A stretch of DNA of 17,387 nt from an uncultured archaeon. Its GTDB lineage: Archaea > Asgardarchaeota > Lokiarchaeia > Sigyniarchaeales > SOKP01. The notes below the pieces were generated by a model, which made no database searches, had not been told where the DNA came from, and saw nothing but the letters and a program-made list of their open reading frames with translations. This document shows, one piece after another, positions 1 through 8,192 of this stretch. Within the stretch, counting starts at the first letter, position 1; every line of letters begins with the position of its first letter. The stretch is from positions 1 to 17,387 of the forward strand of contig CAZDTP010000069.1 of the NCBI GenBank assembly GCA_964508365.1, read 5' to 3'. The position numbers and the translations under genes were made by a program.

Positions 1-10
1 TACTCCTTTT
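1..10 (-). promoter_or_regulatory. Probable ribosome-binding site of a minus-strand gene starting just outside the window
   Basis: The reverse complement of 1-10 is AAAAGGAGTA, an SD-like GGAG at the window edge. The start codon is not visible. Confidence 0.35.
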
Positions 11-102
11 ACCTTATGATTATAATAGAATTTAGTTTTAATTAACTTAATGGAGACCAATTTTTGAAAAATCGAATATTCCAGTAAAAAGTAAATAGGT
101 TA

Positions 103-111
103 AAAAAAAAT
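103..111 (-). terminator. Oligo-T tract after fbaB, candidate archaeal-type terminator
   Basis: An A9 run on + reads T9 on the minus strand, about 10 nt downstream of the fbaB stop. Confidence 0.4.
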
Positions 112-120
112 TGTTATATT

Positions 121-1188
121 TTAAGCTATGGTTATATCTTTAGATAAATATACATCTTGTACTGCGTTAAGAATTCTAATTCCCTCCGGTGTTGGTTTCT
201 TAAACGCCTTTCTTCCTAATATGAGTCCCGTACCACCAGAGCGTTTATTGATGACTGCAGCCTTCACAGCATCAGCTAAGTCGTTTCCACCCGTTTCTCC
301 ACCAGAATTAATTAATCCAACCCTTCCCATATAACAATTAGCGACCTGATAGCGGTTCCATTCGATGGGATGATCTGTTGCTAATTTGTCGTAAACAAGT
401 TTGTCGGTTTTACCGTACTTTAAATCAAGGAAGCCACGATTTAACGTAGACAATTTCTGTTTTACAATATCAGCTTCTATAGTAACTCCGAGATAGTTTG
501 CTTGACTTTCTAAATCGTTTGCCGTGTGATAATCCTTTCCATCTTTTATAAATTCTTTCGTATTCCTAAGATAAGTCCATAGAACGCATACTAATCCAAG
601 TTCGTGAGCGTATTTGAACGCTTCAGATGTCTCTTGAATTTGTCTTCTTGAGTATGGAGACCCAAAATATATTGTGGAGCCAACAGCTGCAGCACCCATA
701 TCCCAAGCTTGATCAACGGTAGCGAACATAGTTTGATCTGATAAATCAGGTTTAGTTAGTAATTCGTTGTGATTTAGTTTTACAATAAATGGAATTTTGT
801 ACGAATACTTCCTACTTATCGAACCTAATACTCCTAGAGTAGACGCTACGCCGCTACATCCTCCCTCTATCGCTAATTTGACGATGTTTTCTGGATCAAA
901 ATATCGAGGATTGATTGCAAAACTGGCTGAAGCAGTATGTTCAACTCCTTGATCTACAGGGAGAATAGAAAGATAACCAGTACCCGCTAATCTACCACGC
1001 TGATTAAACATGCGTCCTATATTATTCAGTACTAAATTATTACGATCAGAATGCTCCCACACTCTATCTATAAAATCTGGACCAGGTACGTGAATCATTT
1101 CTTTTGGAATACCTGTACACGTGTGATTTAACAGGTTATCTGCATCATTGCCGAGTAATTTTTTAATTTCATCAAAATTTATTTTCAT
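121..1188 (-). CDS. fbaB: Class I fructose-bisphosphate aldolase, bacterial FbaB/DhnA long type
   Basis: Motifs [38 protein letters not shown] (Schiff-base Lys), GLINSGG and [11 protein letters not shown], plus the C-terminus [10 protein letters not shown], are colinear with E. coli FbaB as I recall it. GGTGA lies directly upstream of the ATG. Confidence 0.95.
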   Translation of the reverse strand: MKINFDEIKKLLGNDADNLLNHTCTGIPKEMIHVPGPDFIDRVWEHSDRNNLVLNNIGRMFNQRGRLAGTGYLSILPVDQGVEHTASASFAINPRYFDPENIVKLAIEGGCSGVASTLGVLGSISRKYSYKIPFIVKLNHNELLTKPDLSDQTMFATVDQAWDMGAAAVGSTIYFGSPYSRRQIQETSEAFKYAHELGLVCVLWTYLRNTKEFIKDGKDYHTANDLESQANYLGVTIEADIVKQKLSTLNRGFLDLKYGKTDKLVYDKLATDHPIEWNRYQVANCYMGRVGLINSGGETGGNDLADAVKAAVINKRSGGTGLILGRKAFKKPTPEGIRILNAVQDVYLSKDITIA

Positions 1189-1278
1189 TCACCAGTTTTT
1201 TTAAATTGAAACTAACAAAGAAATAAGAGCCTTAATATAAAATGTTTTACTTTTAATTTTTTATCCAAAAATTAGAGC

Positions 1279-1572
1279 TTAATCTGAGTGAGAATCGGAG
1301 GCAAAAAATTCTTTTAACAAATCAGAAAGAAGGTGATAATTGTTTGAGTTTATCTTCGACTTACCGCATTCTAACTTTAACAAAATCTTACGCTTTTCAA
1401 ATCCATTAGTTTCCAGTTTTACTGTTAATTTTTTGCTAAGATACTGAGAGTTTTCAGCTGTTTTTGAACTTTTTCCCCATAAATCTTCTAATCGTTCGAT
1501 TGCTCTTTCTTTTTTATTCGCGCGGTCAATAGGATTTACGGTTTGAGTTCGAGATTTCTCCATTACATTCAC
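1279..1572 (-). CDS. Hypothetical Lys/Glu-rich protein, 97 aa (94 aa if the ATG at 1563 is the start)
   Basis: Fills the gap between fbaB and the divergent wHTH gene with no competing ORF. Composition is protein-like; no motif recognised. Confidence 0.6.
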   Translation of the reverse strand: MNVMEKSRTQTVNPIDRANKKERAIERLEDLWGKSSKTAENSQYLSKKLTVKLETNGFEKRKILLKLECGKSKINSNNYHLLSDLLKEFFASDSHSD

Positions 1573-1709
1573 ACTTCTTTAGATTTGAATATTTTAACTA
1601 ATATCTTTATTTTTAAAACTTTCTATAAAAAGTCCATTATTCTTTTTGTGTAATAACCCAATAAAAAACGCGTAAAAAAACTTTAATTTTGTATACCTTT
1701 GAATAATAT

Positions 1710-2048
1710 ATGCCAGATGAATTTGATTTTAAAAATTACAAATCAATGGAAGAATATAGTCAAACTATGGAGGGGACTAAATATTTGCACGATCTTTATT
1801 TAAAAGCAGTAAACCACCCTGTAAGAAGGGAGATATTGGAGATAGTGAATAAAACCAAGAAAATTTCCAGGAAAGAACTTCTTAAACAGCTTATAGATTC
1901 TAATTTTATTAAAGAAGAAGATCAATTAGTTTATAACATTGATTACTTAATAAAAGCTTTTTGTATAAATTCCATCAAAGATGATGTTAGCGGTGAAATT
2001 TTCTATAAAATTACTCAAAGCGGAAAAGTAATAGAATATTTTGAATGA
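1710..2048 (+). CDS. Winged helix-turn-helix protein (ArsR-like fold)
   Basis: KAVNHPVRREILEIV is an ArsR-type N-terminal helix. It is followed by the HTH region SRKELLKQL...QLVYNIDYL and a wing ending YKITQSGK. Confidence 0.8.
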   Translation: MPDEFDFKNYKSMEEYSQTMEGTKYLHDLYLKAVNHPVRREILEIVNKTKKISRKELLKQLIDSNFIKEEDQLVYNIDYLIKAFCINSIKDDVSGEIFYKITQSGKVIEYFE

Positions 2049-2111
2049 TATTATGCTAGAGATCTCTACCTAATTTATTTCAGCAGTTATAGCCGATCAT
2101 CAAAAGAGCAG

Positions 2112-3395
2112 CTACAAAAAATCAATACTTTTTTCTTTACTAGAAAAAAGATCATTCTCAATTTGTTGTGTTAATCTTTTAATTTTCATAACTTTTGAAG
2201 ATGCAAAGTACTCAAAATCGAAATCTACGATATCCCCTGCGTTTCTTTCAGGGATCGGCATGAGTCGAGCAGTCAGAGGTTTATTTAAATTTAAAGAAAT
2301 CGTACAAACATCTAGTAAAATATAAAATAACTCTCTTTCTGTTATATCACCCGGTAACGGAACACAATCTAATCCTGTTCCGCACATAGTTGCATAAAGT
2401 AGTAAAGTGTCCAAGTTAAAGTTGTTTTCTGATAGACTTTTAGCTATAGTATAATCCTCAAGAACAGAAGGCATAAATCCTGAGAATCCTATAACTTTCT
2501 TCTTTTTTGGAATAGCTTTTTTTATCAGAGCTACGCCTATTAGTGCTCCCGAAGCCCCAAAATATTCAAAATTTAATTTTTCGAAGGCAGTCCCTATGCT
2601 TCTTTCTACTGTAGGAAAGGGTGCTGGGGAAAAATCTATTCCTTTGAATTCGATTTTGTATTTATTTGCAACATCCTCACAGATACCAACTAAATTGTCG
2701 TAAATCTCGTTAAATCGTATTACTAAGTTATTATAAGCCTCTCCGATACTGTTTGAACTTTCGAAGACATCCACGACTTCATCTGCCATTTCCAAAGCTA
2801 GTCCAACCGAAGGATTTTCTGAAACATGATAAGCTGCCGGGAAAAAAGGAGTGTCCGGGGAAACATTAGAACTAACGCAAAAGTTCAAATTATTGAAAGG
2901 ATCTGGAATGGACAATGTTTTTATAATTTTAGCACTGGAACGAAGAGCACCTAAATTAATTCCGTTTTCCTTGGATGCTACATGAACAGAAGTAAAGAAC
3001 TTCTCTCTCCTCTTAATAAAGTTAGGTACTTCATTTAATAATAATTTCTCATATATTCCAAATTTTTGTATTTGTTCGTCCGCTAATACAGCGCAGGAAG
3101 CAAAATAATCAAATTCATATTTTGATACAATTCTTTCTATAATTTCCAACTGATCATAGATTCTTGTGATGGTTTCATTTAAGTTTTTAGAATAAAATTG
3201 CTGTTCATATGATAATATTGGTTGAGAGCACAATCTTTTTGTTTGTACTTCAATTTCTTTCTCGTTAAGCCTTTGAACAAGTTCATAATTGAAAGAGTAA
3301 AAATTTTGAAGATTATGATCCAATATTTCTTCAAGTTCTTTATCCTCTATCAAATACGGGATTTTATTTCCAACGGTAATAGCTCGAACTTTCAT
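2112..3395 (-). CDS. DUF711 family protein
   Basis: Motifs GIDFSPAP, GFSGFMPSVLED, MCGTGLDCVPLPGD and KPLTARLMPIP are characteristic of DUF711. Confidence 0.85.
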   Translation of the reverse strand: MKVRAITVGNKIPYLIEDKELEEILDHNLQNFYSFNYELVQRLNEKEIEVQTKRLCSQPILSYEQQFYSKNLNETITRIYDQLEIIERIVSKYEFDYFASCAVLADEQIQKFGIYEKLLLNEVPNFIKRREKFFTSVHVASKENGINLGALRSSAKIIKTLSIPDPFNNLNFCVSSNVSPDTPFFPAAYHVSENPSVGLALEMADEVVDVFESSNSIGEAYNNLVIRFNEIYDNLVGICEDVANKYKIEFKGIDFSPAPFPTVERSIGTAFEKLNFEYFGASGALIGVALIKKAIPKKKKVIGFSGFMPSVLEDYTIAKSLSENNFNLDTLLLYATMCGTGLDCVPLPGDITERELFYILLDVCTISLNLNKPLTARLMPIPERNAGDIVDFDFEYFASSKVMKIKRLTQQIENDLFSSKEKSIDFL

Positions 3396-3469
3396 AATTT
3401 TTCAATTAAAAGAAATTTGGTTCGTAGTTTAGTTTATAAAAGAAAAATAGCCTTAAAATCCTTACATCT

Positions 3470-5869
3470 TTATAATTCATTTAATTTTGCTTTTTTTTTC
3501 TCTTTCTTGTTTTCACCAACATATGGTTTTTGATATTCTCCTGGTTTTACTGGTCCTAATTTTTCAAGTTCAGTTTTAAAATTTGACACAACCCGTGCGA
3601 ATTTTTCCCCTTCTCCAGCAGAAATACTCTCTATCCTCACGCGATTTTCATTTAATCCCGCCTCGCTGAGGATTTCTCTAATACTTTCATATCTATTGGC
3701 CGCTTTTATAAAACCCGTATCGTAGTGGCAATCTTGTGGGTGGCAACCTGCAATCAATACTCCATCGGCTCCATTAAAAAAAGCTTCAAATACTAATGAT
3801 GGGTTTAGCATTGCTGTACACATAACCCTTATTGACCTTACATTAGTAGGATAATTTATTTTGCTGGTTCCAGCCAGATCTGCTCCCATATAAGAACACC
3901 AATTGCAAAGGAATGCTATAATTAATGGATATTCAGCTTTTTCACCCAAAATCCTATTAATTTGAACGCTTATCTGTTTTTTAGTAAAACCAGGGATATA
4001 TAACGCATCAGTATGACACATCGCTGCGCATGCCCCACATCCCGTACAATTGGCAGTAGTGATATTCAATTTATTGTTTTCTATTTTTAGGGCATTATAT
4101 ATACAAATATTCTCACATAGTCTGCATAAATCACATTCATTTGAATTAAAGTGTACGATATGAGGATCAAGCTCGACATGTCCTTTGGACATTAAGGCAA
4201 TTGCTTTCGCGGCCGCACTTTCAGCGTGAGCTATACTATTCGGAATATCTTTAGGACCTTGGATAGCTCCTGCTAAAAATATACCATTTACGGACGTTTC
4301 AGAAGGTTTTATCTTAAGATGCTTTTCTAATAAAAATCCATATGGACCTTGAGAAATGTTAAGTAATTGACTTAATTCATCTGTGTTTTCAGCAGGTTCA
4401 ATTCCAACGGCCAAAACGACGAGGTCAGCCTTTCTTTCAAAAAGTCTATCATTTATTACATCTTCGCCCCGAATCAATAATTCTCCAGTTTTAGATAAGT
4501 CATCCTTAAGAACGGCAGATATATTACTCTTAATAAATCTAATACCAAAAACTTCTTGTGCGCGATTGTAGAACTCTTCACAGTTTTTTCCTATTGCTCG
4601 TATGTCATTATAATATATACTAATCTCAGTTTCTGGATGCTCTTTTTTTATCATTACAGCTTGTTTAATTGAAACATTACAGCAGACTTGACTGCAATAG
4701 TCGTGGTGAATCGCGCTATTTCGTGAACCTACACATAGAATAAATGAAACTTTTGTAGGTATCTCTCCATTAGATGGTCTCACTATCTTACCGTGCGTCG
4801 GTCCATCAGTATTTAGCAAACGTTCAACTTGCATGGTTGTAACTACGTCCAAATATTTCTGGTAATTGAATTCACTAAGCAAACTAGGATCAAATGTTTT
4901 GAATCCTGTAGCGGTTATTATAGTTCCAACTTCAAATTCAATTATCTCGGATTTTTGCTCGAAATCAATTGCGTCGCGATCGCAAGCTTGGGCACACGCT
5001 TTACATCCAATACAATACTCCTCTAATATGTTTGGAATGAGAGGAATCGCCTGTGGATAAGCTACATCTATAGCTTTTCTAGGAAAGAAAGTGTCTTCAA
5101 CATCAATGGGACAAACATCCCTACATAAATTGAAGCAACCAACGCAAGTTTCTTCGTTAACAAAACGGGGTTGTTTCTTGACTCTTACGGTAAAGTTTCC
5201 AACATATCCATCAATACTTTCTATGTTACTATAAGTAAATAACTCAATATTCGGATGATCCTTGACTTCTAACATCAGTGGTCCAAGAATACATATAGAA
5301 CAATCTAGCGTAGGAAAAGTCTTGTCAAAAAGGGCCATTTTGCCTCCAATTGTTAAGTCTTTTTCCACTAAGTAAACCTTGTACCCCGCATCTGCTATAA
5401 CTAGCGAAGCTTTAATCCCCGCAATTCCACCCCCAATAATTAGTGCCGAAGGATTGACTTTCGCACGTTGAACTTCTAAGGGTTCGAGAAGTTTAACTTG
5501 TTCTATTGCCATATTTATTTGATCTATTGCTTTCGTTGTAGCTTTCTCAGGATTATCGTCATGCACCCAGGAATTTTGTTCTCTGATATTTGCAAAAGAT
5601 ATCAAATATCGATTGATACCAGCTTTTTCTATTGTTTTTCTAAACAACAATCCATGCAATTTAAAAGAACAAGCAGCAATTACTACCCGGTCGATCTCGT
5701 GTTCTTTTATCTCGCTAGTAATTTTTGTTAAACCTAATTCTGCGCATAAATATTGATCTCCTATCACGTGAACATCAGGGTACTCTTTAAAGTGGTCTAT
5801 TAATTTGCTGTTGTCAATTACTCCGCTAATATTCTTACCGCAGTCGCAGATGAATAAGCCAATTTTCAA
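3470..5869 (-). CDS. hdrA: Heterodisulfide reductase subunit A-like flavoprotein fused to a C-terminal MvhD domain
   Basis: HdrA N-terminus (FICDCG, AACS...H, ANIREQ), FAD motif GGGIAG, CVGSR, YCSQVCC, four ferredoxin-type Cys motifs and GIFLAG. The MvhD motifs FLCNWCSY, RVMCT and AGCHPQDCHY follow. TTG start with GTGAGG upstream. Confidence 0.92.
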   Translation of the reverse strand: MKIGLFICDCGKNISGVIDNSKLIDHFKEYPDVHVIGDQYLCAELGLTKITSEIKEHEIDRVVIAACSFKLHGLLFRKTIEKAGINRYLISFANIREQNSWVHDDNPEKATTKAIDQINMAIEQVKLLEPLEVQRAKVNPSALIIGGGIAGIKASLVIADAGYKVYLVEKDLTIGGKMALFDKTFPTLDCSICILGPLMLEVKDHPNIELFTYSNIESIDGYVGNFTVRVKKQPRFVNEETCVGCFNLCRDVCPIDVEDTFFPRKAIDVAYPQAIPLIPNILEEYCIGCKACAQACDRDAIDFEQKSEIIEFEVGTIITATGFKTFDPSLLSEFNYQKYLDVVTTMQVERLLNTDGPTHGKIVRPSNGEIPTKVSFILCVGSRNSAIHHDYCSQVCCNVSIKQAVMIKKEHPETEISIYYNDIRAIGKNCEEFYNRAQEVFGIRFIKSNISAVLKDDLSKTGELLIRGEDVINDRLFERKADLVVLAVGIEPAENTDELSQLLNISQGPYGFLLEKHLKIKPSETSVNGIFLAGAIQGPKDIPNSIAHAESAAAKAIALMSKGHVELDPHIVHFNSNECDLCRLCENICIYNALKIENNKLNITTANCTGCGACAAMCHTDALYIPGFTKKQISVQINRILGEKAEYPLIIAFLCNWCSYMGADLAGTSKINYPTNVRSIRVMCTAMLNPSLVFEAFFNGADGVLIAGCHPQDCHYDTGFIKAANRYESIREILSEAGLNENRVRIESISAGEGEKFARVVSNFKTELEKLGPVKPGEYQKPYVGENKKEKKKAKLNEL

Positions 5870-6128
5870 TTTAAACCCTCACATTTATATTCAATTTTTG
5901 CAAACCTATGAGTAATATAAAATGATGTGTATATTAATTGTTCCTAGTATATGATTAAAATTAATTTTAACCATTGTTTAGAATAAAGATTTTGCGGTTT
6001 TTACTTATTTAGCATATCTTTTGATAAGAAAGAGTATATGCCGAAGATATCAGGTTTAATAAAAGATCCCGAGCCAATCACTGCGATTTTGTCTTTATTT
6101 TTCTAAAATCAATTCTAATCCTTATTTT

Positions 6129-7436
6129 TTATTCAAGCTCGATTTGTATATATTTCTTTTGAAGTTTTAACATTGAATCTAAAATTTTTTTTGCTTGCGA
6201 TGTGCAATTTATAACGGGATCGGCAAGAAGCGCTTGTAGAGCAACTTTCTTTGATTTTGTAAGAATTGCCTCAACGACAAGGTCTTGAACAGAAGCCTGA
6301 TTTCTTAATAAAGCGGCTAAACCTTTGGGATATTCTCCAAGCGGTACTCCGTGAAGGCCATCTTTATTAACGACAGCAGGACATTCTACTACAAGGTCTT
6401 GCGGAAGATTCGTAATAATACCATCATTTGGAATGTTCACTGAGGATTCTTCGTGATTGTCATTAGTAATTATGCCTTCAATAATAGGAATGGCTCTTTC
6501 ACTATCAGCTTTCACGAGTTTAGCGCCCTTTCCGCCTTCTATAGTTCTTTTTATTCGATTAAAACTTTTAGTTAAAAGAACTTCGTAGGATTCCCAGAAC
6601 TCACGGCCATGGAGCAAGTTTGCAACTTCCCACGCCCATGACATGTATTCCCCATAGTGGTTGTCCGTCGTGTATGCATAATAATCATATATTTCTAAAA
6701 TGAATTTAATTAAAGAAAGGTCTGTTTTTTCAGCCAATCTCCCTAAAATTGCAGGGCCTTTCTGACGAATATCTGGATAAGCATCTCTACCAGTATCGCG
6801 ATATTTTGCTTCTAGAACAACTCCAAAATGATTTAATCCTCCTGCTTTAATTTCAATGTTTGACATCGGCGTATCAAGAATTTTTGGAAGGATCTGAGGG
6901 GCATTATTTCCTAATTCGTGGCATAAGCCTACAAATTTTTGATTTGGAAATTTTCGTTTAATTGCCAGACAAATTCGACTCATAGGATTGGAGTAATTTA
7001 TAAAAAACGCATGAGGACAGATCTTCTGAATGTCCTCACAAATGTCTAAAATAGGAGGTATCACTCTCAATGAATGGAAGAAACCTCCAGGTCCACCATT
7101 CTCACCAGTAATTTGCGTGCTACCCCACATCATTGGAAATTCAAAATCCCACCTTAAGAGTTTAAATCGTGGAGGTATTTCTATTGCGTTGATAACAAAT
7201 GTTGCGTTTTTTAAGGCTTCTTTTCGATCTAAAGATAATTCAACGGTATAGTTTAATTTACCACTCTCAACAGCAGATTGACATGCTTGAGTTGCTAAAC
7301 TTAAAGTTTCTTCGTTTATATCGTGAAGACATATTGTAGAACCATCTAAACTCTCACTATGTATTACACTGCCCACGGAACCTAATCCAAATTGAAGAGA
7401 CCCGGCACCAATCACTACTATTTTTTCTTTACTCAT
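6129..7436 (-). CDS. Glycoside hydrolase family 4 (NAD+/Mn2+-dependent alpha-glucosidase/alpha-galactosidase)
   Basis: Rossmann motif IVVIGAGS, then GENGGPGG, NYSNP, VGLCHE (metal Cys) and GLNHF (metal His), and a C-terminal ALQALLADP. Confidence 0.9.
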   Translation of the reverse strand: MSKEKIVVIGAGSLQFGLGSVGSVIHSESLDGSTICLHDINEETLSLATQACQSAVESGKLNYTVELSLDRKEALKNATFVINAIEIPPRFKLLRWDFEFPMMWGSTQITGENGGPGGFFHSLRVIPPILDICEDIQKICPHAFFINYSNPMSRICLAIKRKFPNQKFVGLCHELGNNAPQILPKILDTPMSNIEIKAGGLNHFGVVLEAKYRDTGRDAYPDIRQKGPAILGRLAEKTDLSLIKFILEIYDYYAYTTDNHYGEYMSWAWEVANLLHGREFWESYEVLLTKSFNRIKRTIEGGKGAKLVKADSERAIPIIEGIITNDNHEESSVNIPNDGIITNLPQDLVVECPAVVNKDGLHGVPLGEYPKGLAALLRNQASVQDLVVEAILTKSKKVALQALLADPVINCTSQAKKILDSMLKLQKKYIQIELE

Positions 7437-7541
7437 TATTAATCACTGATAACTAAATTTTTCAATACAGATATTTATATTTATATTGTTCATGGATATT
7501 TTAATTTTTAGCAACAAAAATGAGAGGAATGTTAAAATCGG

Positions 7542-8153
7542 TTATGAAATCATATCTTTTGACAAGAAAGGGTACACTTTGAAGATATTAAAATCGTTTC
7601 GTCTCATCTCAAAAAAATATTCTTTCTCCATTTCGTATTCTTCGTTAGCCCATTTTATTATCTCCTCTTTCGAATAAAACTTTCCTTTGTTATCAAGCGA
7701 ATTTTGAAGCGCGGGACATTTTTTAGAGTAATCATTAAAATTGCTTACGCTATTAATGAGCATGTTCCATCCAATTGGGAACGCGCGACATTGGAAAGGT
7801 CTAGCTTTGTAGATCGTACATTCGTTTTCTTTTAAGAAGTCGCAATGCTCGTCGTCCCCCGTAAACTTAAACCCAAGAGATTTATATCTGTAGGTTTTTC
7901 CTTTTTCTTCTCCAGGTTCCTTCCAAAAGAACGAATCGTCTATTACTTTAAGGTACTCCTTCGCGAATTGTTTTAACCCTAAAGTACCCCTTATCTTTAA
8001 GTGCTTCGCTAACCTTTTAATGTCGTCTTGGTACAAATACACTTCTCCTTCCTTAAAACCCCGACAACAAGAACCGCACGTCTCGCAGGTGAAATACACG
8101 CCGTTTTCGAACTTCTTTGCTAGCTGAATTTTACGCGAATACGAATCGGTCAC
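7542..8153 (-). CDS. YkgJ family cysteine-cluster (Zn/Fe-chelating) protein
   Basis: FTCETCGSCC, CDFLKENECTIYKARPFQCRAFP and a distal CPA. GTG start. Confidence 0.88.
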   Translation of the reverse strand: MTDSYSRKIQLAKKFENGVYFTCETCGSCCRGFKEGEVYLYQDDIKRLAKHLKIRGTLGLKQFAKEYLKVIDDSFFWKEPGEEKGKTYRYKSLGFKFTGDDEHCDFLKENECTIYKARPFQCRAFPIGWNMLINSVSNFNDYSKKCPALQNSLDNKGKFYSKEEIIKWANEEYEMEKEYFFEMRRNDFNIFKVYPFLSKDMIS

Positions 8154-8192
8154 TTACAATCAGATACAAAAATAAGTATTGTTAAATAGATA

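Noticed and set aside
3470-5869. Possible selenocysteine recoding in HdrA/MvhD
   Set aside because: The ORF is uninterrupted and all ligands are Cys codons. I recognised no SECIS-like hairpin downstream.
6038-6106. 22-codon ORF MPKISGLIKDPEPITAILSLFF between hdrA and the GH4 gene
   Set aside because: Too short, with no clear ribosome-binding site or motif. It cannot be distinguished from chance.
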